A DNA stretch of 63,572 nt, filler included, from Saprolegnia diclina VS20 (lineage: Eukaryota): assembly GCF_000281045.1 (NCBI RefSeq). It is 6 parts of 2 records of this genome, joined end to end, with 100 filler letters (N's around TTAATTAATTAA, not from the genome) between each part and the next. Parts side by side here need not be neighbours in the genome. Positions count along the whole stretch, not along the records: positions 1 to 14,677 come from NW_008246090.1; positions 14,778 to 40,905 come from NW_008246090.1; 4 more parts are not named here. One strand, 5' to 3'. Within the stretch, counting starts at the first letter, position 1; each line of letters opens with the position of its first letter. Of the stretch, positions 10,754-21,383 are shown one piece after another. The position numbers and the translations under genes were made by a program. Below the pieces are notes generated by a model, which did no database searches, was not told the origin of the DNA, and saw only the letters and a list, made by a program, of their open reading frames with translations.

Positions 10754-13700
10754 TTACAGCGGAATGTCTTGGGTGGGGCGACCGATCAAGTAGAGTCGGT
10801 CGAGCTCGCGCATGCGCGTGTCGGTCTCCGGGTTGGTCTCGACGTACGCGGGCGTGACAGCGTCGTTGCTTTCGTTGGTCTTTTCGGGGTGCCAGCAGCC
10901 AATGCACACGAAATGCTAGGGCCAGTCAACGCGATGCACGCAGTACCTCTCCTCATCGTACCACGTTCAAAAGCTTCCGGAAGCACTCGCCAAACGACTT
11001 GCCCACGAGGGGCTTGGGGCAGGGCACTTGAAACAAGCTTTGCTTTCTAGGACGAGTGTGATTTCGCGCCGAATCGACTAGAGGTCGTACTGGCCTTCGT
11101 AGTCGCTGCCGTGGAGGAGGGCGTCGAGGACGGTGGAGAGGTGTGGTTTCTGATAACACTCGCTCATCAAGCTCTCGATGAGGCCGCTGACGTACACCCG
11201 ACCTATTTCGTTGGCATGACTAATAGACATTGTGTACACAAATGACGCACCCGACGCGTACGCTGGCTGACACAAATGTACGAGGTCGACCAAGTCGTTC
11301 TCGTCGTTCTCGGACGCGTCGTCATTTGGTAGCATGAGCTTATCGAGGCGTGTCGAGCCGCCACCGACCAAATGCGAGATGCGGCGCGTGCGCACGTTCT
11401 GGGACTTGACGATCGAGCTCAGGAACTTGACGTTCGTGTGCTTGACGAGCTCCACAATCAAGTTGGGCGGCCGCTTCCCAATGAGGTAGCTGCCCTCGAG
11501 GATGAAGCGCACGCACGTGATCGCGTCGGCGTCGACCATGTTTTCGTCGAAAAACGACTTTGTGCCGGCGGCCGACGACTAGCATGGACAATATTGTCAA
11601 TATTCCCCACAAAACGAGGTGCAAAGCGTACGAGAACAAGCACCGAGGCGGCCGACGGGACGCCGGCGCGGACCAGGTCCTTGGAATGCAGCGGCGATCC
11701 TTGGCAGTAGTAGACGTTCTGGAACCGGTGTTTCTGAATACTTTGGTGGTATTGCTCCTTTGTGGGTGGTTTTGGCGCCAAAATGACCACGAGCTAGCGC
11801 TTGTCTTGCCACACCCAACTCGTATGCATCGACGGCATCGTACCCGGGACTGGGCGAGCGTGTGGTGCAGCGGAATCAAGAGGTCGTGGAGCGCCGACGG
11901 CACGCCAATGAGCACAATGTGCTCCTCAAACGCATTTGGAAGCGACCGTGTCTACGCCTCAGTGACCGATATGGCTAGATACACGCAACATACGACGAAA
12001 TCTTCGTACGCGGCCGAGTCATAGAACGACGAACGCTGCCCACCGGGTGCAAACCGGCTCGCGCCCGACGAGTTTGATGGCATGAGAAGCGTCGATACTT
12101 TGCGCGTCTGGCGGCGCGACAAGGACGCTGTTGCAATCACGTCAGGGGTCAGCGTGGGGGGGACCCCCCCACTCTCGAGCAGCTTCTTCTCGGCGCGCAA
12201 CTGCCGATCGCGCTCCATCTTTCGAAGCGTTTGGCGAAAGACGCGGATCTCTTCGTGCTGGTAGCGACCAATGCCGTCGAGGGCTTCGAGCGACGCGGCA
12301 ATCACATACAAAGTGCAGCACGTGTTGGGGTCGGCGGTCGTGCCCAGTTTAAAGTCCATGGGGATCATGCGCACGCCGGCGTCCTACATCGACAAGTGGT
12401 GCATTTTGAATCCAGCAGAGATATGTCGCACCGCAATGAGCGCGATCGGGATGATCTGCAAGTTGTTGTAGAGGAAGAGAACGAGCTCGCTAAACGTCAA
12501 GCCCGAGTACGTGCGTGGAATGTCGACGCTGAAGAATTTGTTGGCGCAGCCTATGGTTAGGATAGTGTCTATATTCTGATAGACAATGTGCTAGACAATG
12601 TGCGTACCGTTGAGGTACGCCGAGACCCACGACCGGTCGGGTTTCTTGTTGGGAATCGCAATCGTATCCAGGAGGTTGGAGATGAGCGTCGAGAGACCCT
12701 TGATGTCGCAGCTCTTGGCCAGCAGCGTCATCTTGAGCTTCTCGACACAAATGACGCTGTTGGCCCCCGAGATATGGCAGTGCGAGATGTTGCGCGACAA
12801 AATCACTTGGGTAAAAATCGGTACGCGCGGGTTGTAGCTCCGAAACGCATTGGTCAAGATCGAGTTCATTTGGTCTATCGTGTGGGTGCAGCATATGGGT
12901 TTGAACCGTATAAAGTACCTGTTTTTTCAAACTGGTTGTTCATGCACGTCAAGACATAGCACATGGCACTTCGATGCACGGACGCGCGACGCAGATCGGT
13001 CTCCCGCATGGCCGACCCGACAATGTACGTCACGCGCGGTTCGTACAAATGGATGAGTTTGGTGATCTCGGCACTCGGTTCTTTCGGGTGTAAAATCACA
13101 ATCTAGACCAAAAGGCGATAAAACACTGTAAACAATTTGTCCATCGCGCACCTGTTCATTCCAGCGCCGATTGTCAGCATGAAAAAACTGGCGCAAGAAG
13201 GCTGCGAGCGCACTTGCATCCAAGTCGCACGCGGTGATGACTGCATGACTGTCCTCGGTCTTGCTGTACGCTTTCGTGTAGTCCGAGTGCGACGAGATGA
13301 CCGAGACAAGCTTATTGACTTGCAGTGGCACAAGTACAAACGTGAGTAGAATGAGCGTCGCGACACCCAGCCGACCCATGCGCGTCTGTGGCGAGATGTC
13401 ACCGTAGCCGACAGTCATGATCGACACCTAACCCTTGTCCACATCACAAACCCAAATGACAATTCCATACCACAACAAAGTAAATCCAGTCGAGGAACCG
13501 ATAGTCGGTGCACTTGTCGCAGCACTGAGTGTTGGGGCATTCTTGAATGCAAACGTCTTCGTACGCAGTCGAGCACGCGGGCGTATCGCAGAGCCCGGGT
13601 GCGGGGCACACTTCGAGGATCTGGAGCACACCCGCAAGTGCAATGATCATGCACACAACAGTGAGCAGTGTCGCCATGATCTGGCGCTGAACAATGGACG

Positions 13701-14410
13701 ACGTAAAGCGCAGGAGACGGTAGGCGCGCAAGATGCGCATCGACTTCATCACTTGTAAGAGCGAGAGGAGCTGACGGCCAACGTCGCTCGCGCGGAGCTG
13801 AAGCACGACATCCTGCGAGTCGCTGCTGTTTTCCATCACCGAGAGTCCAAACTCGATCCATGCAGAGCAAATCCCAATGACGTCGACGATCGCAAAAAAG
13901 CTCGTCATGTACTCGCGGCGCAGCGGCGCGGCGTAAAACCGAAGCGCATAACTACGCAAGCGCCCATCGTATGTACATGGCACCTGGGATACCGAGGACG
14001 TACTCGATGGTAAAGAGGACACCAATCGCGGTGCCGGCGTCTAGAAGTGGTCGTAAGAACACAACGGTCGTATCGAATGGCGTACTCGTGATGGGGCGCT
14101 CGACTTCGACGCTGTAGCCCGACCAGTTGGTATACATGAAGAACGCGACCATGACGAAGCTCAGTACGACAAGGAGTGCATCGTTCAGGCGACACAGCGG
14201 CGCCTGCTCGAGATTCCGCGCCGTCCACGCGCGGAACGTCTCGTCGGGCACGGGCGGGAGCAGCCAGTGCGTGACCGTCGGGTCGTTGAGCGTCTTTTCA
14301 AAGTGAAAGGCGGCGGCCACCTTGCTAGCGTACGTGTTTTGTACCACAGCCGCTGCCCGACGCGTGAGGCGGCGGCTTGCCACCAACGGCGGCGGTCCTC
14401 CGGCCTTCAT
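10754..14410 (-). CDS. Calcium-activated BK/Slo-type potassium channel (6TM plus RCK domains), multi-exon
   Basis: S4 MRILRAYRLLRF, selectivity filter TVGYGDISP, RCK motifs YIVGSAMRETDLRRA, VICVEKLKMTLLAKSC...GLSTLISNL, CQGSPLHSKDLVRAGV, NLIVELVKHTNVKFL; last exon ends IGRPTQDIPL* at 10754. Start codon uncertain. Confidence 0.9.
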
Positions 14411-14677
14411 AGTTGCTGACGTTGCCTTTTTACGAAACTGCTGCAAGGCAAACCCGACGCGAAACGGCGATACGTCGGCCGAGTCAAGCTCGCATGTCCA
14501 TCGGCCGCCATTGATTCAGCTTATCTAGTGTTGGCGAGGGTCCCACGACAGAAGAAGAACCATGCTCAATCAATAAAACCTCGACAATAACTCCAAACAA
14601 GAACATTCGGTTGTGCAATTTGGAGCCGCGGCGTTGGCGTCGAGCGAGGAACGTCGCTGTTGGCGAATGGCATATGT

Positions 14678-14777
14678 NNNNNNNNNNNNNNNNNNNNNNN
14701 NNNNNNNNNNNNNNNNNNNNNTTAATTAATTAANNNNNNNNNNNNNNNNNNNNNNNNNNNNNNNNNNNNNNNNNNNN
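14678..14777. other. Assembly gap: N run with a TTAATTAATTAA spacer (also at 40906-41005, 51381-51480, 59847-59946, 62418-62517; plain N100 at 50674-50773)
   Basis: Each is exactly 100 nt; five carry the same six-frame-stop palindrome. Confidence 0.97.
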
Positions 14778-15366
14778 GCTGGCAGTACAAACATGCTCAG
14801 TCGCCGACGAACAATGCCACCGTCTCGACAAAAAGAGGTCGATCCAACGCACCACTATTCTATCAAACATTAGAAAGTACACACCGCCAAACCAGAGCCA
14901 TGGGCTTCTCCACGACACTTGTTGCTTCCGTGCCCCAAATGACACTCGTATCATTTGTGGGGGAATCTGAATTCATGTACTACACAGGTAGCTTACACAG
15001 CTAGGCATCCCAAAATGATGGAACACACCGATCATAGCAGCACACTTTACATGCACCACATCGACGGTACCAAGACTGATCTCAGCACCAGCTTGGAGCT
15101 AACGGGGTAAGTCCTTCTCAAAGGTGGGTAGAATGACACGCAGCGTCGTATCATCCGCCAAAGCGTTGCGGTACGTGATCGGAGCCATCCACGCGTCCAC
15201 GCGGCAAATCGTCGCCCTCGCTGCGCTGTGATTTAGACTCGGACCTCTCGCGGCCTGGCAAGCCACCCGGAGCAAGCAAGTGTTACGAGCAATAGAATAA
15301 AAGCTATATATTTGTAAATTCTTCAATTGATGCTATCGGATGCAAATACACGACGCGATGAATGCG

Positions 15367-18242
15367 TCACGCGACCCGTGGGCGCTTGGTCGGTCGTGCG
15401 CTGTCGGCGGTCATCGCTTCAAGCGCTGCAATGCGGCAATCATCGCGCACGTCGTCGTTTTCGACTCTTGGACCTGGACTTTTCGGCAGGACCTTGCGAA
15501 GCAATGTGGTGCGCAAGTACTTTGAGCATGGAGGGTCCTCGGCTGCAAACTCGAGGCGGTCTTTGTGCGCAGTCACGAGCGTCCGGAGCATTGAACAGAC
15601 AGTGTTTGATGTCGCCGTGAGGACCACATGGGTCTTGGTGCTGTCGCGCAAAAACTCTGCCACTTGATTACACTGCGCACAATGCTCTCTCGTCATATCA
15701 ATGTCCAACAGGACAAGTGCCGGGTTCGCGCGGACGGGAATGCGCGCGTCATGGAGCCTCTGCAGGCACACGGACGCTAGGCATGCAACCGCGTCGCCAT
15801 GTGCCTGCTGGCGCCAGCAGTGCATCCACTCGATGATTGGAAACAACAGATACCGGGTCGCCTCGATCGTCGGTGGCAGCGCCGACAGCCACGCAGTCGC
15901 GAACGCCGAGACGGACTTTGGCGCCATCATCGCGAGCAAGGCGAGGCTGCGCTTGGTCGGCAGCTTGGCTTTTCCGAGGCGGACACAATTCTCAGCGGTT
16001 TGCAGCGGCATCAGCGTCGGCGCACCATCGAGAAGCACCGTCGTCACGTGCTCCTGAAGGCGGGCGGACACTGCCAGCACGCCCTTGTCGACGTAGTCGT
16101 CACTTGGACCAAAGGCGTCCGAGAGCGCCCACCGCGACCAGAGAGATGCAATGAATTTGACATCGCAGTGACCACCCAAGTCTAGCACAACAAGAAAGCT
16201 AGCCAATGCAAAAGGACTCATATCGAGTGCTTCGGTGAACGTGTTTGACGCGCGACGCGACAACGGCTCGTGATAGGCTGCCAAAAGGACGTCGATGAAA
16301 TCCCCCAGTTCCGTGCTCGTATACGCTGCCAGGACGAGAGCTTCCGGGAGCTGCGACAGAAGCATTTGCGAATCGCCGGCGTACATGTATCGTATAGCCT
16401 CCACGACGTGGCAGCCTCCGTGCACGTAGTCGTCAACGTCGGCGAGGAGCATCGGGGGCAGGTGCCCCCCGAGATAGTTGTTGGCCGGCTCCTTTGGAAG
16501 TTGAAACAGGACGTAGGCGTCGAGGAGCAAAAGGTCCCGCACGACGTCGACACGGTACACTTTGTGACACCGAAATTTGAGGTGCGGGTGCACGACAAGA
16601 AGCGACCACGCCGCTTTGAGCCATTCGCCAAAGAACGGCTGGTGCAGCTTGGCACACACGGGTCGAGCGCTGCGACCGGCCAAGCTCAGCAGCAATTGAA
16701 GCAGCGGACCCGTCGCCGTCAGAAGCCAGCGGCGCACGAGACCTAGCATTGCGTCGCCCAGTGCAGGCCAGCCAAAGTGGTGCAAGAGTGCATGCACGAC
16801 CGGTGCGACCTTGTCCAGTGGTGTGTTGGCCGTGATCCCAACCGCATCTCGAAGAAATCTCTGGACGAGGGTCACGTCATCGAGCGCCAAAAGCAGATCC
16901 CCCATCATCTTAGTAAACCCCCATTGTTGCGTCTGCAACGACGCGCCATGGGATACCGGGACGTAGTCCCTCCGTGTCCCGCAGCCAAAGGTCGACAACA
17001 CGCTCGCGGCCAAGTCCCGGGCGGTCGCAAAGCCGATCAAGTTGTACGGTTTTGGGGCTATCATGGCGCGCTGCAAGTGCAAGAGAGCGCTGTCGATACC
17101 GAGGATTTCAGCGCGGTACTGTGTCGGCCAAAAGACGAGCACGGTCGGTGAGCACTTGATGAAGACTGCGTACCGAACGGACCGCGGGCACTCGGGAAAA
17201 GTGTGAGTGCCCTGGTGCTTGAGCACTTCAAGGACTGTGTCGGGGATGCAACATGCGGGGTGCGGTACACAGCTCGTAATCTTGTTCTCGTGCCGTCGGT
17301 CCACATACTCCTCGTCGGACTTGCTGTGGGGGCCAAAGTCATCGATGAAGCAAAAATGCAAGTCTTCCTCGTCCGGCAACTTTCGAAAGCTCACAAGCGC
17401 AACGTCGTAGGCGCCGGTCGCCAAAAGCACGTCCACCAAGTGCGTGTCGGCCCAGCTGAGCTTGTCCCACGACAGCGACGGGTTGATGGGTTTGAGTGCA
17501 CGCGCATGCGCCGGTGTCGTTGGACCGGCCGCGCCGCGAGCGCCTTGAAGCCCTCGATGGCCTCGAGCATCTTGGGCGGCATGCGCGGCATGAAAGAGTC
17601 GCCCAGCGGCACCAAGTTGAAGACGAGCGCGTACCGTCGCCCGGACGAGAGGCGGGTGGACGATATATAGGTTTGCAGATACGTCATGGCGACGTGCATG
17701 ACGGTCGGTGACGCATCCAACTTCTCCGTGTGGTGACCTTGGGTAAAGGTGATGCGGCCGCCCTTGTGCGCCGATGGCAGCACAAAGATGACCGAGCCAA
17801 AGGCATTCGCAGCCGACTTCTGCGCGTGCAAGCCATTGCCGTTTCCGCTGACATCAATGGCGAGGTGTGATAACGTCACACCGATGGCGACCGAGCTTGC
17901 CAGACCGAGCGCACCCCGACCTTCGAGAAGGACGTTCTCGCCAGCGGTGGCCCACCACGCATCAAAGTCATCGATGGAAAAGTCGGACGCGGGAAGAATT
18001 GTGTCCGTGTCATAGAGCGCATCGAGTCGCTTCTCGTGGGCTTTCGAGAGTGGCCACGCAAATGCTTTGCGGCCAATGTGAATGCGCGGCGGGCGGACGT
18101 CGCGCGGGCACTTGAGCGTGTAAAGGAATGTGTCCTTGGACTTGAGCTTGACAAACGCTGTGGCGTACGGCCGGGCGCAGTCCGACTCGAGGTACTCGTC
18201 GTCGTCGCTCACGTTCCTGCTGTCGCATGAGTCATACTCCAT
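15367..18242 (-). pseudogene. ~950-aa protein with a degenerate N-terminal 2OG-Fe(II) oxygenase-like domain, split by an apparent 1-nt deletion near 17505
   Basis: FGSVIFVLPSAHKGGRITF...LSSGRRYALVFNL resembles the DSBH core; ORFs 17391-18242 and 15367-17439 join if one base is added at CGC AT- GCG CGT GCA CTC; C-terminal HCAQCNQVAEFLRD. Confidence 0.6.
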
Positions 18243-19520
18243 TACGGTTTTGGGCTGTGGTTAGTGTAGAAATGGGTGCTGCATTCAGAGCACAAATCAA
18301 ATCGAGCGCCGCAACGCTGCAAACATGGAGGGCCGTCTAACATTAGTTGTACGAGTTTAGCCCGATATAGCCCCGTGGTTGCGTACCAAAACCCAACATT
18401 TGTGGTGGCGCTGGCGCACATTTATACACGAATTAAAGGATGCGTCTTCTATAATCTCTTGAACGACTACCGGTGCTTGCACACTTCGTCGAGAGTGCTC
18501 AATATGAATGGCAATGGCCGAGGCAACCCGCTTGACATACGTCTTTTCAGGCCAATCACAACAAAGTACGACGACTACAATCTTACCCATTGGTTGATTT
18601 TACCCAATCGGATAGAATCCCACACTGTGCAAACTGCAGACGACCATTGAATCAGCGCCAAAGGTACTTTTTAAGCGAATTCAAAGCCGCCTGGAAACGC
18701 CAAATGGTTTCCCAGCACTTCATACAGCGTGGTGAATAGCACCCCGTACTCGTACAGTCCAAGGGCTCTAGACGAACGTGACACGCCGCGCGTCATGGAT
18801 CGGACGACAGCACTGGATATGAATGTCCCATCTCTCGCCATTAGGCTTCTTCTGACGGATGCCATCAACGTACCAGAGTGCCCATGGCTCGTCGATTCTG
18901 GCTTCGGGCGCTCTGCCAGGGCGCCGCGCTTTGCTACGTCGACGCCAGCTGCAAAGTCACTAGGCGCGCCCCCCAGACATCGACCTCGAAGCGACAACCA
19001 ACGTCGCCGACCTCTCAGCCATCGGCGATATGCGCGCATGGACAAGTCCTCGCCAGTAAACGCCCTTGCTTGCAATGGCCGCATTCACAGCCGTCAGTAG
19101 AGCCCTCGTCAACAGCTCATCACCCGTCGTCGTCGATGCCGCAACGTTCGCCTCGAGTTTGCATGCCCGACGACATGATAGCTCTTGGAATACTGTATCG
19201 ACCTGACGTGCTCGTTTGTAGCAACTGCCAAGGGTGCGAGATGCAGAATATTACGCTCGACGAGGAAGCGTACGTGGCACTTGACAACCTCCCGCCCGTC
19301 GGCACGCCCAGCTCGGGTTCGCCAATGCACAGGCGTGTGCGCTTCATAACGGCGTCGTCACAGAGTTGTGGAAGCAGTACAAGACCCCGTCCACATTTAC
19401 CGTCTGCGTCGTCCTTGGCCGTACACGCCCCTCGCTTTTCAACGCCTCATTCAGAGCCACCTCGTAGGCAAGATCGACGACCGCCCACCACCATCGGTAT
19501 GGTTTGTGATCGAGTGAGAT

Positions 19521-20633
19521 ATGGGAGTTACAACCACGGTCTACGTAGCGACCGCCCTCATCGCATCGCTCGCGATCGGGTGCGCTCTCTTGCTCGCCGG
19601 GGTCGTCTTTCTCTTGCTCAAGCGCCGAAACGACAAGCCCGACGACGGTCCCACGACACAGCTTGCGTCGCACGATAGCGTAGCGTACCATGATATTTTG
19701 GAGAGCCATTATGGCAGCTTGAACCTCGCTGAGATTGCACTTTACCGGCTACCGTCGGCCGACATCACGCCACTCGGGCTCCTCGCATCTGGGGCGATGG
19801 CCGACGTCTTCCTCGGCGACTACAACGGCGCCCCCGTGGCCATCAAGCAGCTTCTGAGCGGCCAAGCAACGACCCGCCACGTGAGCCGGCTCGTCGACGA
19901 GATCCAACTGCTCGCGTTGTTCGACTCGTCTTATATTGTGGCCCTTGTGGGCGTCACGTGGGACCGCCCCCTTGACCTCAAGTGCGTGCTCGAGTACATG
20001 GACGGCGGCGACCTCCGCGACAAGCTTGCGCGCACCAACCATACGTCGTATCCGTGGTATGAGAAGTTGCACTGTGTCCTCTCGGTCGTCGAAGGGCTTG
20101 TCTACTTGCACTTGCTCGACATTATCCACCGCGACCTCAAGTCCCGCAATGTGCTCTTGGACGACGTAAAAGGCGCCAAGCTCACCGACTTCGACGTCTC
20201 GCGCCACGACACGCAGGCGACGATGACGGTCGGTGTTGGCACGTACCGCTGGATGGCGCCCGAGATCCTCCAGTTCGACCACTACTCGGTGGCCGCCGAC
20301 ATTTACTCGTTCGGGATGCTTCTCTCCGAATTGGACTCGCATGCGATTCCGTACGCCGGCGTCATCAGCGAGACGAGCGGCAAGCCCCTTGTCGAGACGG
20401 CTATCATGGGCATGGTCATGACAGGCTCGCTGCGACCGACGTTTACGTATACAACGCCGCTGTGGATCCAAAACTTGGCGTCGCAGTGCCTCGCGGCGTC
20501 GCCAGAGGACCGGCCGAGTGCGATGAAGGTCTCGTCCGTCGTACGGCAACACCTTAAGGAGGACCGTATCCAGACACCTGTCCAACGTCGCTTTGAAGGC
20601 AATACCAAGCAAATTAGAACACTATTTAGTTGA
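19521..20633 (+). CDS. Single-pass transmembrane TKL (receptor-like) protein kinase; probable upstream ectodomain exon(s) at about 19160-19500
   Basis: TM segment ALIASLAIGCALLLAGVVFLLL followed by KRR, then LASGAMADV, VAIK, HRDLKSRN, DFD (DFG position), GTYRWMAPE, DIYSFG. Confidence 0.88.
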   Translation: MGVTTTVYVATALIASLAIGCALLLAGVVFLLLKRRNDKPDDGPTTQLASHDSVAYHDILESHYGSLNLAEIALYRLPSADITPLGLLASGAMADVFLGDYNGAPVAIKQLLSGQATTRHVSRLVDEIQLLALFDSSYIVALVGVTWDRPLDLKCVLEYMDGGDLRDKLARTNHTSYPWYEKLHCVLSVVEGLVYLHLLDIIHRDLKSRNVLLDDVKGAKLTDFDVSRHDTQATMTVGVGTYRWMAPEILQFDHYSVAADIYSFGMLLSELDSHAIPYAGVISETSGKPLVETAIMGMVMTGSLRPTFTYTTPLWIQNLASQCLAASPEDRPSAMKVSSVVRQHLKEDRIQTPVQRRFEGNTKQIRTLFS

Positions 20634-20643
20634 CGATTACCGG

Positions 20644-21264
20644 TCAACCAAGGTCGTCGCCTTCACTCGTGGGCGAGTCGATGGCTTCCGCGATAGGCGG
20701 CGGCGACCGACGACGAGGGCACGCGTCCACCGACACAAAGACCAGTGGCACCACATGCGGCACGCGGCCACAGCGGTAGCGTACCTGCAGCGCTTTGGGC
20801 AGCTCGGCCGAGATCGCTATGGGCGGCAAGGTGGACGTGAGCCGGAGCGACCCGAGGCTCCAGAGGGCCGACGGAGGCGACGGCGCAAACGCCACAAAGG
20901 AGTTGGGCCACTTGTAGCTCTGGAGGTGCACCGTCTCGTGCAAGTGCAATGGCGTCCTCGTGGTCTTGCGCAACACAAACATTGCCTTTTCCGACGGCGC
21001 GTCCGCCCACGTCATCCCACGCCGCCACGTCATCCCCCGAAGATACCGCTTCTCCGAGACTATATAGACGAGCGACTCGTGAAATAGTGTCATGGTCTCG
21101 GTCGGCGCGTGCACCGCTTCAAAATGCACGAGCTCCTGCGCGCCGAGTCGGAAGCGCGCTTCGACACAGAGAGCGTGACGCGACGACGTGTCGCCGAGGA
21201 CCATGCCCCGTGTGTGCCCCGTTGAGAACGTGAGCACGACCGGGGTACGGGTTGTGACCTGCAT
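20644..21264 (-). CDS. Hypothetical protein (~206 aa)
   Basis: Open frame with coding-like GC3 bias between the kinase and the golgin; no recognisable motif; start chosen at ATG 21264. Confidence 0.5.
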   Translation of the reverse strand: MQVTTRTPVVLTFSTGHTRGMVLGDTSSRHALCVEARFRLGAQELVHFEAVHAPTETMTLFHESLVYIVSEKRYLRGMTWRRGMTWADAPSEKAMFVLRKTTRTPLHLHETVHLQSYKWPNSFVAFAPSPPSALWSLGSLRLTSTLPPIAISAELPKALQVRYRCGRVPHVVPLVFVSVDACPRRRSPPPIAEAIDSPTSEGDDLG

Positions 21265-21383
21265 TCGACCAAATGGCTTGTGCTTCCGTGCTCTCCTATT
21301 GTTGACGCGATGGAAAGTGACGTGGTGGGTCCCGACCACGCCGTTGACTGGCGCAGGGATGCGAGTAGTACGCACTACTCTAT

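Noticed and set aside
14722..14733. TTAATTAATTAA palindrome recurring five times
   Set aside because: Always centred in a 100-nt N run; it is an artificial six-frame-stop gap spacer, not a biological repeat or piggyBac target site.
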